This document shows, in pieces, positions 51,727 through 60,143 of a stretch of 64,000 nucleotides of DNA. The DNA is taken from contig CACMRK010000004.1 in assembly GCA_902616075.1 (NCBI GenBank), positions 22,346-86,345 on the forward strand, read 5' to 3'. Positions within the stretch are counted from its first letter, which is position 1, and each line of letters begins with the position of its first letter. The notes under the pieces were generated by a model. That model saw nothing but the letters and a program-made list of their open reading frames with translations, was not told the origin of the DNA and ran no database searches. Position numbers and translations under genes: made by a program. Source of the stretch: an uncultured Alphaproteobacteria bacterium (GTDB taxonomy: Bacteria > Pseudomonadota > Alphaproteobacteria > HIMB59 > GCA-002718135).

Positions 51727-52956
51727 ATGGGAGATTTAATTAGTAATTACAGATTTGTCGTTAAGCCAGTTATTAAGGAAACTGGTAGATCTTTGGATTT
51801 GGCTAGGCCCATGAAAATACATCCTCTCACTTATCAAGAGTTACCACTCAACCCAGAATATACTAACTACGCCGATGGAAGATTTACGCTTGAAAAATTA
51901 TCTCATGCTACAGCAGATGAAATGTATTGGAAAGCTAGACAAGAAATAATTTTAAGACATACGGGCGAGCATCCATACGAAATTTCTGGTCCGGATGCTG
52001 AAAATTTACTTCAACAAATATTTCCTAGAGATATTTCAAAAGTAAAAATAGGACGATGTTCTTATCAATTTGCTTGTTATCATGATGGAGGAATGATTTC
52101 AGATGGATTATTATTAAGACTAGAAAAAAATAAATTTTGGTTTGCACAAGGTGATGGACATTTATACAGTTGGTACAAAGCTCATTCGAAAAATTTAGAT
52201 GTTGAAATTAAAGATCCAAATGTTTGGGTAAGTCAAATACAAGGACCTAAATCTCTAAAATTGTTAGAGAAACTAATTGATCAACCATTAAAAAATAATT
52301 TTAATTACTTTGATTGGATTGAAACTTCAATTGCTTCAGAAAAAGTAATTATAAGTAGAACAGGGTTTACGAATGAACTAGGTTGGGAAATTTATTTAAG
52401 GCCAGAAAATAATTCCAAAAAAATTGGGGACTTAATACTCAGTAAGGGTGAAGAAATGGGAATGATCCTAACAGCCTCTCCAGGGTTTAGATGTAGAAGA
52501 ATTGAGGCAGGTCTCTTATCTGCAGGGAGAGATTTTACAAGAGACAGATCTCCATTTGCTGTTGGATTAGGAAAATTTATAGATTTTAATAAGGGAGATT
52601 TTATTGGAAGAGATTATTTACTAAATACAAGCAAAGATTGTTTAACATGGGGTATGAGAGTGGAAAATAGTTTTGCATTGGTTGATTCTGAAATTTCTAT
52701 TAATAATAAAAAAGTTGGAATTGTAACTTCAAGTACATGGTCGCCATTTCAAGTTTGTGGTGTTGCTATAGTTCATATGGATAAAGCAGAATTTGGACCA
52801 GATACAATAGTAGATGTTAGATGCGATGATGGTACTTTACAAAAAGGTGAAATATGTACTTTACCAATGTATGATGAGAAAGGAGAAATACAAAGAGGTT
52901 TAAAAGAAAATATTCCATCTAGCCCTATACCTTGGAAGGGTATTTCAAAAAACTAA
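51727..52956 (+). CDS. GcvT-family THF-dependent aminomethyltransferase/demethylase
   Basis: I.GPDA, QIQGPKS, ISRTGFT.ELGWEIY, RRIEAG. Confidence 0.85.
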   Translation: MGDLISNYRFVVKPVIKETGRSLDLARPMKIHPLTYQELPLNPEYTNYADGRFTLEKLSHATADEMYWKARQEIILRHTGEHPYEISGPDAENLLQQIFPRDISKVKIGRCSYQFACYHDGGMISDGLLLRLEKNKFWFAQGDGHLYSWYKAHSKNLDVEIKDPNVWVSQIQGPKSLKLLEKLIDQPLKNNFNYFDWIETSIASEKVIISRTGFTNELGWEIYLRPENNSKKIGDLILSKGEEMGMILTASPGFRCRRIEAGLLSAGRDFTRDRSPFAVGLGKFIDFNKGDFIGRDYLLNTSKDCLTWGMRVENSFALVDSEISINNKKVGIVTSSTWSPFQVCGVAIVHMDKAEFGPDTIVDVRCDDGTLQKGEICTLPMYDEKGEIQRGLKENIPSSPIPWKGISKN

Positions 52957-53004
52957 TATATTTTGTAATAGAATTATAAATTATATTAGAATACAAATAT
53001 TAAA

Positions 53005-54168
53005 ATGAATGATCTCATTAAACCTAGCAATAAAATCCATACAATAGATGATGCAATAAGATTATCTAAAAAAAGATTACCAAAATTAGTCTTTGACTTT
53101 ATTGATGGAGCATCAGGAGATGACAAACTTGCAGAAATTAATAGTACAGCATTAGATCAAATTAGACTTGAGCCTAAGGTTTTTAGAAATGTTGAGAATA
53201 GAAATTTAAGTAAAAAAATATTTGATTTTCATTTTGATTATCCATTTGGATTTGCACCAATGGGAATGACAAATCTTTCATGGCCTGATGCAGATAAAAT
53301 GATAGCAAAAGAAAGTGCGTATAATAATATTCCAACATGTGTTTCAATGGCTTCTAGTACTACGTTAGAAGATATGTTTACTTTTTCAGAAGGTCATTCG
53401 TGGATGCAAATATATATTTTTCAAAGTGAAGAATTTATTATGGAATTATTAAAAAGAGCAGAAAGTATTGGATACAAGGTCTTGATCCTCACTGTTGATG
53501 TTCCAATTCTTTCAAGAAGAGCTAGAGATGATAGAAATGGCTTTGGTTATCCATTTAAAATTGGCCCAAAACAATTTTTAGATTTTGCACTACATCCTCA
53601 ATGGAGTTTAACAACTTTGTTTAAAGGCGCTCCACAACCAATGAATTATGTTACCTCTAAAAGTGGTGATCAAATTTTTAGACGAAAAGAAAGTAGAGGA
53701 GCAACTGATTGGAGTACTCTAAAAAGGGTTCGAGAGGCTTGGAAAGGAAAATTAATAATCAAAGGAGTAATGAATTCTGAAGATGCTTTGAAAATTAAAG
53801 AGGCTGGTGCTGATGCAATTCAAGTATCAAATCATGGTGGAAGGCAATTAGATAGTGCTACTGCTTCTATTAATGCTTTGCCATTAATACGAAAAGCTTT
53901 GGGAGACGATTTTCCAATACTTTTTGATAGTGGCATTAGAAGTGGTAGTGATATTTTACGAGCATTAGCTCTGGGAGCTAACTTTGTTATGTTTGGCAGA
54001 CCTTTAATGTATGCTATTGGAGCAGATGGTGCAAGAGGTCTTAGAAGAATCATTAACCTAATTAAAGAAGAGTTAAGTACAAATCTTGGCTTAGTGGGAT
54101 TAACCGATATAAATGAAGTTGATAAAAAAATTATAGCAGAGAAATTTTTTAAGGATATAAAGTACTAA
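53005..54168 (+). CDS. FMN-dependent alpha-hydroxy acid dehydrogenase/oxidase
   Basis: APMG, LTVD.P, IKG, SNHGGRQLD, DSG.R.G.D, GRP. Confidence 0.9.
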   Translation: MNDLIKPSNKIHTIDDAIRLSKKRLPKLVFDFIDGASGDDKLAEINSTALDQIRLEPKVFRNVENRNLSKKIFDFHFDYPFGFAPMGMTNLSWPDADKMIAKESAYNNIPTCVSMASSTTLEDMFTFSEGHSWMQIYIFQSEEFIMELLKRAESIGYKVLILTVDVPILSRRARDDRNGFGYPFKIGPKQFLDFALHPQWSLTTLFKGAPQPMNYVTSKSGDQIFRRKESRGATDWSTLKRVREAWKGKLIIKGVMNSEDALKIKEAGADAIQVSNHGGRQLDSATASINALPLIRKALGDDFPILFDSGIRSGSDILRALALGANFVMFGRPLMYAIGADGARGLRRIINLIKEELSTNLGLVGLTDINEVDKKIIAEKFFKDIKY

Positions 54169-54169
54169 G

Positions 54170-55912
54170 ATGGGAGATAAAAAGATTAGAGGTGGGGCAT
54201 TAGTTGCAAGAGCTCTTAGAGACAAAGGTATTGATAATGTTTTTACACTTTCTGGAGGTTTTTGTAATCCGGCACTTGAAGGATTTATGGAGTGTCAAAT
54301 TAATGTAATTAATTGTCCTCATGAACAAATTGCTGGTCATTTAGCTGATGGTCATACCAGAATATCAAGAAAACCATCCGTTTGTATTGTGGGGCCCGAA
54401 GGTTTTGCAAATGCAGTACCCTCAATGATGGAAGCTTGGGGTGAAAGATCACCTGTTATTTTTATAACTGGATCAAGTAGTTTAAAAAGACAAGGAGCAG
54501 GCGGTTTTAAGGAAATAGATGATGTATCTATTGCAGCACCGTTAACAAAATACAGTGCAAGTATAACAGATGGCAACAGAATAAGAGAGTTCGTAGATAA
54601 AGCATATAGAATTGCAACAAATGGCTATCCTGGTGCAGTACATTTAAGTGTACCAGTAGATATAATGTTTTCATCATTTGCAGATGATGCAGGTTTAGAA
54701 GAAAGACCTTTTACTCATCAAAAGAAACCTTTAGCAAAAGCTTGGCCTGATCCTGAGAGTTTAAATGAAATATTTGATCTAGCAATTAGTGCACAAAAAC
54801 CTGTTTTTATAGGAGGGCATGGAGTTTGGTGGTCTAGTGCGGAACAAAAATTAGAACAAGCTGGGTTTGAATTAAATATTCCAATATTTAATATACCATA
54901 CCACCAAAAACTTTTAGGTGAAGAGGCAAATACATATATGGGTCTTGCAGATATTCATCAATACCCTCCATCAAAAATGGCTCTTCATGAATCAGATTTG
55001 GTTCTTATGATTGGTGCACGTCTTGATAATCAAATGAATTTTGGTAATCCTCCACTTTTTCCAAAAAGCACAAAGCTTGTTTGTATTAATGGATCACATG
55101 AAGAAATAGAATTAAATAGAGCTGCAGATATTAATTTACTTTGTGACCCTGGAGTCTTTTTGGATAAACTCTTAGAATTAAAGAAAAATAGTAAATGGAA
55201 ATTAAATAATGAATGGTTTGATAAGAATAAAAAAGAGAAAAAAAATTGGATTGATAAAACATTAGATGATTTAAATAAAGAAACTGAAGAGGCTAAAAAA
55301 AAAGGTGGAAAAATTCATCCTCTTCAGTTAGCTTTAGATGTTCAAGAAGTATTAACTGAAAATGATTGGTTAGTTATTGATGGTGGAAACACACATTTCT
55401 GGTCTGAGATTGCAATTAATATTGCTGGATCAAAAGGTAAAAAACTTGGAGGAATATTACATCCAGGTACTTTTAGTATGTTAGGTGTTGGAGTTCCTTT
55501 TGCAGTATCAGCGAAAAATCTTAATCCTAAATCTAATGTTGTTTTAATAAGTGGAGATGGTGCATTTTTATCTGGCGGATTATCAATTGAAGCTGCATTT
55601 CAAGAAAAAAAACCTATTGTTGTAGTTATCGATAACAATGGAGGTCTTGACTGTATTTCTCAACAACAAGAAAGGTTGTTTGAAAGTGGGAAACACTTTG
55701 CAACTGATTTTAGAGATATTCCATTTCATTCAATTTTTGAGGGTTTTGGAGGACATGGAGAATTAGTTACTAAAAGAGAAGATTTAGGCCCCGCTTTAAA
55801 AAGAGCGTTAAAAAGTGGTAAAACTGCATGTGTAAATGTTAAGGCTAAAGGTGTTATAAGTCCAATAGTTGCTGCAGTTAGTGATAAAAGAGATAAAGCG
55901 TCTATAGAGTAG
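54170..55912 (+). CDS. Thiamine-diphosphate-dependent enzyme (ALS/HACL-like superfamily)
   Basis: HEQ catalytic Glu; GDG...NN ThDP motif. Confidence 0.85.
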   Translation: MGDKKIRGGALVARALRDKGIDNVFTLSGGFCNPALEGFMECQINVINCPHEQIAGHLADGHTRISRKPSVCIVGPEGFANAVPSMMEAWGERSPVIFITGSSSLKRQGAGGFKEIDDVSIAAPLTKYSASITDGNRIREFVDKAYRIATNGYPGAVHLSVPVDIMFSSFADDAGLEERPFTHQKKPLAKAWPDPESLNEIFDLAISAQKPVFIGGHGVWWSSAEQKLEQAGFELNIPIFNIPYHQKLLGEEANTYMGLADIHQYPPSKMALHESDLVLMIGARLDNQMNFGNPPLFPKSTKLVCINGSHEEIELNRAADINLLCDPGVFLDKLLELKKNSKWKLNNEWFDKNKKEKKNWIDKTLDDLNKETEEAKKKGGKIHPLQLALDVQEVLTENDWLVIDGGNTHFWSEIAINIAGSKGKKLGGILHPGTFSMLGVGVPFAVSAKNLNPKSNVVLISGDGAFLSGGLSIEAAFQEKKPIVVVIDNNGGLDCISQQQERLFESGKHFATDFRDIPFHSIFEGFGGHGELVTKREDLGPALKRALKSGKTACVNVKAKGVISPIVAAVSDKRDKASIE

Positions 55913-55915
55913 GTT

Positions 55916-56251
55916 ATGGCAATTTTTTCTACACATTTACTAAACTCAATAGATGGCACGCATGCGAGTGATGTAGAAATTGTTATTTATAAAGTAAATA
56001 ATAATAACAAAGTTGTATTTCTAGAAGATAAAACAGATAGTTCTGGAAGAATGCTTAAAGAATTTGAATTAACGAAAGAAGATTGTGAAAGTGATTATGA
56101 AATGATAATTAATTCTGGTAAATATTTTAGAAATACTAGTGAAATAATTAATTCAATCAGTGTTAAATTTAAAATGAAAGATCCTCTTAAAAAATATCAC
56201 ATACCTTTAATTGTTTCTCCAAATGGATACTCAATATGGTGGTCTAAATAA
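55916..56251 (+). CDS. Transthyretin-like protein (HIU hydrolase/UraH fold) with atypical C-terminus
   Basis: STH.L, TD..GR, YHIPL..SP.GYS; ends WWSK instead of YRGS. Confidence 0.75.
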   Translation: MAIFSTHLLNSIDGTHASDVEIVIYKVNNNNKVVFLEDKTDSSGRMLKEFELTKEDCESDYEMIINSGKYFRNTSEIINSISVKFKMKDPLKKYHIPLIVSPNGYSIWWSK

Positions 56252-56252
56252 A

Positions 56253-57374
56253 ATGAGTAATTCAGGATTAAACATGTCTAGACGCATTAGGAGGACTCCC
56301 TATACCGAGAAAGTAATTGAGGCTGGTGTAAGTGGTTTTACTGTAGTTAATCATATGCTTCTTCCAAAATCATATAAAGCAACAGTTGAAGAAGATTATT
56401 GGCACTTATCTAAAAATACTCAAATTTGGGATGTTTCATGTCAACGACAGGTTCAAATAATAGGAGAAGATGCTACAGAATTAATACAACTCATGTCTCC
56501 AAGGTCAATAAAAGATATGCCTATTGGTAAATGTTACTATTATCCAATGATAGATGAAAATGCAGGGATGATAAATGATCCTGTACTTTTAAAATTAAGT
56601 GAAAATAAATATTGGCTATCAGTTGCAGATTCAGATGTCCTTCTTTGGTCAAAAGGATTGGCTGTAGGAAGAAATTTTAAAGTTGATATTATAGAGCCAG
56701 ATATTTATCCCTTAGCAATTCAAGGTCCAAAATCTGAAAAATTAATGTCATCAATATTTGGAGAAAAAATTAAAAAATTAAAATTCTTTCATTTTTCTTT
56801 TTTTGAATTTGAAGGAACAAAACAGATAATTGCAAGATCAGGATATAGCAAACAAGATGGTTTTGAGATTTACCTTAAAGGTTTTAGTTTAGGAAAAAAA
56901 CTTTGGGAAACTATTTGGGAAGCAGGAAAAGATTTTAATATTTCACCTGGATGTCCAAATTTAATTGATAGAATAGAAGGTGGTTTATTATCCTATGGTA
57001 ATGAATTTACTTTAGAAAATAATCCAATTGAATGTGGATTTGATAATTATTGTAACAATTTATCTCATGATTTCATTGGAAAAAATGCATTAAAAAAAAT
57101 ATTAAAAAATGGAATAGAAAAAAAAATAAAAGGAATTACTTTTGATGGGTCCCCGACTCCTTCGTGTACAATACCTTTTCCTGTATACTCAAAAAATAGA
57201 TTTCAAATTGGTAATATCACCTCTGGTATTTATTCACCATTTTTAAAAACCAATATTGGGCTATCAATGGTTGATAGAGACTATTGGAATGATGGGCAGG
57301 ATGTTATCGTATTAACACCAGACAACATTGAGAGAAAAGGTAAAGTGTGCTCACTACCTTTTAATTATTCTTAA
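56253..57374 (+). CDS. DMSP demethylase DmdA-like protein
   Basis: SRR.RRTPY, NHMLLP, WDVSCQRQV, NDPVLLKL, ADSD, ARSGYSKQ, PGCPNLI, LLSYGN; ATG at 56253. Confidence 0.8.
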   Translation: MSNSGLNMSRRIRRTPYTEKVIEAGVSGFTVVNHMLLPKSYKATVEEDYWHLSKNTQIWDVSCQRQVQIIGEDATELIQLMSPRSIKDMPIGKCYYYPMIDENAGMINDPVLLKLSENKYWLSVADSDVLLWSKGLAVGRNFKVDIIEPDIYPLAIQGPKSEKLMSSIFGEKIKKLKFFHFSFFEFEGTKQIIARSGYSKQDGFEIYLKGFSLGKKLWETIWEAGKDFNISPGCPNLIDRIEGGLLSYGNEFTLENNPIECGFDNYCNNLSHDFIGKNALKKILKNGIEKKIKGITFDGSPTPSCTIPFPVYSKNRFQIGNITSGIYSPFLKTNIGLSMVDRDYWNDGQDVIVLTPDNIERKGKVCSLPFNYS

Positions 57375-57375
57375 A

Positions 57376-57822
57376 ATGAGTCATTCAATCGAATTAAAGT
57401 GGGAATTAGGAGATCAAAAACTCGAATTTGGAAAATACTTAACTGATCACACAGTAATGCTTAATGAAAATGTATCTATTGATGCAGGATCATCTCCAGA
57501 TTATGGAGGAAGCGAAACTAATATTAATCCAGAGCAAAAACTAGCTGCAGCTGTAAGTAGTTGTTTTATGATGACGTTTTTAGCTTTAGCTGCAAAAATG
57601 AAATGGCCAGTTATTAATTACAAAGATAAAGCAATTTCGTATTTAGGAAAAAATGCAGAGGGGAGAATGTACGTTAACAAAATAGAGCTAAATCCAGCTA
57701 TAGTATTTGAAGATAATTTTAATATTTCTGATGAAGAAATGAAAAAGATGAAAGAGAGATCACATAAGTATTGTTTTATAGCTAATTCACTATCCAAAGA
57801 TGTTGAAATTCAAATCAATTAA
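57376..57822 (+). CDS. OsmC family protein
   Basis: NPEQ...AA.SSC.M.TFL, H..CFIANS; ATG at 57376. Confidence 0.87.
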   Translation: MSHSIELKWELGDQKLEFGKYLTDHTVMLNENVSIDAGSSPDYGGSETNINPEQKLAAAVSSCFMMTFLALAAKMKWPVINYKDKAISYLGKNAEGRMYVNKIELNPAIVFEDNFNISDEEMKKMKERSHKYCFIANSLSKDVEIQIN

Positions 57823-58614
57823 ATGAATTTTAATCTAATATTAAACGAAAAAAATAATAATATTTTTAATATTATTCTTAATGACCAGAGAAACCAAAAT
57901 ACTTTAAGCGAAAACATGATCAATGAATTAACATCAGCACTAGACATCGCTGATAAAGATAATGATGTAAAAGTAATTATTTTATCATCAAACGGTAATA
58001 TTTTTTGTGCAGGACATAATTTAAAAGATTTAAATTCACAAAGATTGCAAAATGACAAAGGTGAAAGCTATTTTAAAAAAATATTTCAAATGTGCTCTCA
58101 ACTTATGCTGAAAATTAATAAAAATAATAAACCAGTTATAGCTATGGTTGATGGTATTGCTACTGCAGCAGGCTGTCAGTTAATTTCTAGCTGTGATTTA
58201 GCTTACTCAAGTAACAGAGCAAAATACGCAACCCCTGGTGTTAATATTGGATTATTTTGTTCTACACCAATGGTTCCATTATCAAGAACTGTAGGGAAAA
58301 AGCAAGCAATGGAAATGCTTCTCACTGGAGATCTTATAGATGCAAATAAAGCATTAAGGATTGGTTTAATAAATGATGTCTTTGAAGAAGATAGTTTAAA
58401 AGAAAATGTATTTCAAATTGCTAAAAAAATATCATCTAAATCTTCTAATACTATTAAAATTGGTAAAGAAGCTTTTTACAAACAAAAAGATATGAATTTA
58501 GAAGATGCATATACTTTTACTTCAAATGTAATGACGGAAAATATGCTAAATGATGATTCCAAGGAAGGTATTGAAGCTTTTTTAGAAAAAAGAGAGCCAA
58601 ACTGGAAAGAATAA
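57823..58614 (+). CDS. Enoyl-CoA hydratase/crotonase family protein
   Basis: FCAGH.L, ATAAGCQL, TPGVNIGLFCSTP. Confidence 0.88.
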   Translation: MNFNLILNEKNNNIFNIILNDQRNQNTLSENMINELTSALDIADKDNDVKVIILSSNGNIFCAGHNLKDLNSQRLQNDKGESYFKKIFQMCSQLMLKINKNNKPVIAMVDGIATAAGCQLISSCDLAYSSNRAKYATPGVNIGLFCSTPMVPLSRTVGKKQAMEMLLTGDLIDANKALRIGLINDVFEEDSLKENVFQIAKKISSKSSNTIKIGKEAFYKQKDMNLEDAYTFTSNVMTENMLNDDSKEGIEAFLEKREPNWKE

Positions 58615-58621
58615 TTACTTC

Positions 58622-60094
58622 TTAAAATGGGTTTGGTTGTGATGGATTGGTTGCTAACCATGTAGATTTAGTTTGCATGTAACTTTGCATTCCCTCCCAT
58701 CCATTTTCACGACCGTATCCTGATTGCTTAAAACCTCCAACTGGAGATTGAGTAGAAGCATTAAAATAATTATTTATATAAACAGTTCCAGCCTCTATCT
58801 TATCTGCTAAACGTATAGCTTTATTAGTATCCTTAGTCCAAATACCTGCCGCAAGTCCATAAATAGTATCGTTTGCAATTTTAATTACTTCATCTTCATT
58901 ATCCCAAGATTGTATTGAGGCGACAGGTCCAAATACTTCATTTTGAGCTAAATCATCTTCATTTGGAACATTATCAAAAATAGTTGGTCCAATATAGTAC
59001 CCTTCAGATTTTTGTTCTTTTCTTCCATCAATTAATAATTTTAAACCTCTTTTTTCAGCCGCTTCTATCTTAGATAAAATAAAATCATATTGCTCTTTAT
59101 TTGCTATAGGTCCTATTTGTGTTGCAACATCATTTGGGTGACCAACTTTAGCCTTTTTAACAACTTCTAATAAATTATGAGTAAATTTATCTTTTATATC
59201 TTTATGCACTAGTATCCTTGATCCTGAAATACAACTATGGCCTGAAACTGGAAATATACCTGAAACAACTCCATTTACTGATAAAGTTAAATCAGCATCT
59301 TTAAATATAATTTGTGGTGATTTACCCCCTAACTCCATAATAATAGGTTTAACATTTTTTGATGCACTTAAACTTGCTGCACTCCCCCCTTTTGTTCCAC
59401 CTGTAAAACTTATCATTCTAACATCTTGGTGTTCAATAAGAGGTGCTCCGGTTGTAGGACCAAAACCAGTAACAACATTAATCAAACCTTCTGGAAGATC
59501 CGCTTCTTCTAAAATTTTCATTAACTCTAATGTAGAGCATGATGCTCTTTCTGAAGGTTTAATTACAACAGTATTACCTGCTGCTATTGCCGGTGCTAAT
59601 TTCCAGATTAATGTTCCAATTGGTGAGTTCCAAGGTAGAATGAGTGCAACAACTCCAAATGGTTCCCATTTTAAATAATTATGCATATTTGGAACTTCGG
59701 AAGGTATCAGTCTACCTTCATACTTGTCACACATGCCTGCATAATAATAAAAACTCTCAGTCTGCCAGCTGGTTAAAGAAGGAGTGATATTTTTTGGAAG
59801 TTTGCCGTTATCTTTAGTTTCTATTTGCCCAATACGTTCTGCATTTTTAGCAATAATATCTCCAATTCTAGTTAACGTTCTCCCTCTTTCTGCTGGATGC
59901 ATTTTACCATAAGGACCATCATAATAAGCCTGTTTAGCAGATGATACCGCGAGATTAATATCTTTTTCATTACAATCAGGAACCTTTGCCCATACTTTAC
60001 CTATAGATGGATCCTCACTTTCAAAATATTTTTCAGAAGAAGGGTCATGCCATTTATTTCCTGCATAAAATTTGTAGGTTTGAGTTTCAGACAT
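58622..60094 (-). CDS. Aldehyde dehydrogenase
   Basis: PWNSP, KPSE, FTGG, ELGGKSP, catalytic Cys in GHSCISG, EVFGP. Confidence 0.92.
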   Translation of the reverse strand: MSETQTYKFYAGNKWHDPSSEKYFESEDPSIGKVWAKVPDCNEKDINLAVSSAKQAYYDGPYGKMHPAERGRTLTRIGDIIAKNAERIGQIETKDNGKLPKNITPSLTSWQTESFYYYAGMCDKYEGRLIPSEVPNMHNYLKWEPFGVVALILPWNSPIGTLIWKLAPAIAAGNTVVIKPSERASCSTLELMKILEEADLPEGLINVVTGFGPTTGAPLIEHQDVRMISFTGGTKGGSAASLSASKNVKPIIMELGGKSPQIIFKDADLTLSVNGVVSGIFPVSGHSCISGSRILVHKDIKDKFTHNLLEVVKKAKVGHPNDVATQIGPIANKEQYDFILSKIEAAEKRGLKLLIDGRKEQKSEGYYIGPTIFDNVPNEDDLAQNEVFGPVASIQSWDNEDEVIKIANDTIYGLAAGIWTKDTNKAIRLADKIEAGTVYINNYFNASTQSPVGGFKQSGYGRENGWEGMQSYMQTKSTWLATNPSQPNPF

Positions 60095-60143
60095 AATTTA
60101 TTTAAACTTAAATATTTTCATTGGTCAACTTATTTGTGATTAA

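Noticed and set aside
54170..55912. Biosynthetic acetolactate synthase (ilvB/ilvI)
   Set aside because: Lacks the typical TSGPGATN and FQE motifs, no small subunit is adjacent, and the context is catabolic
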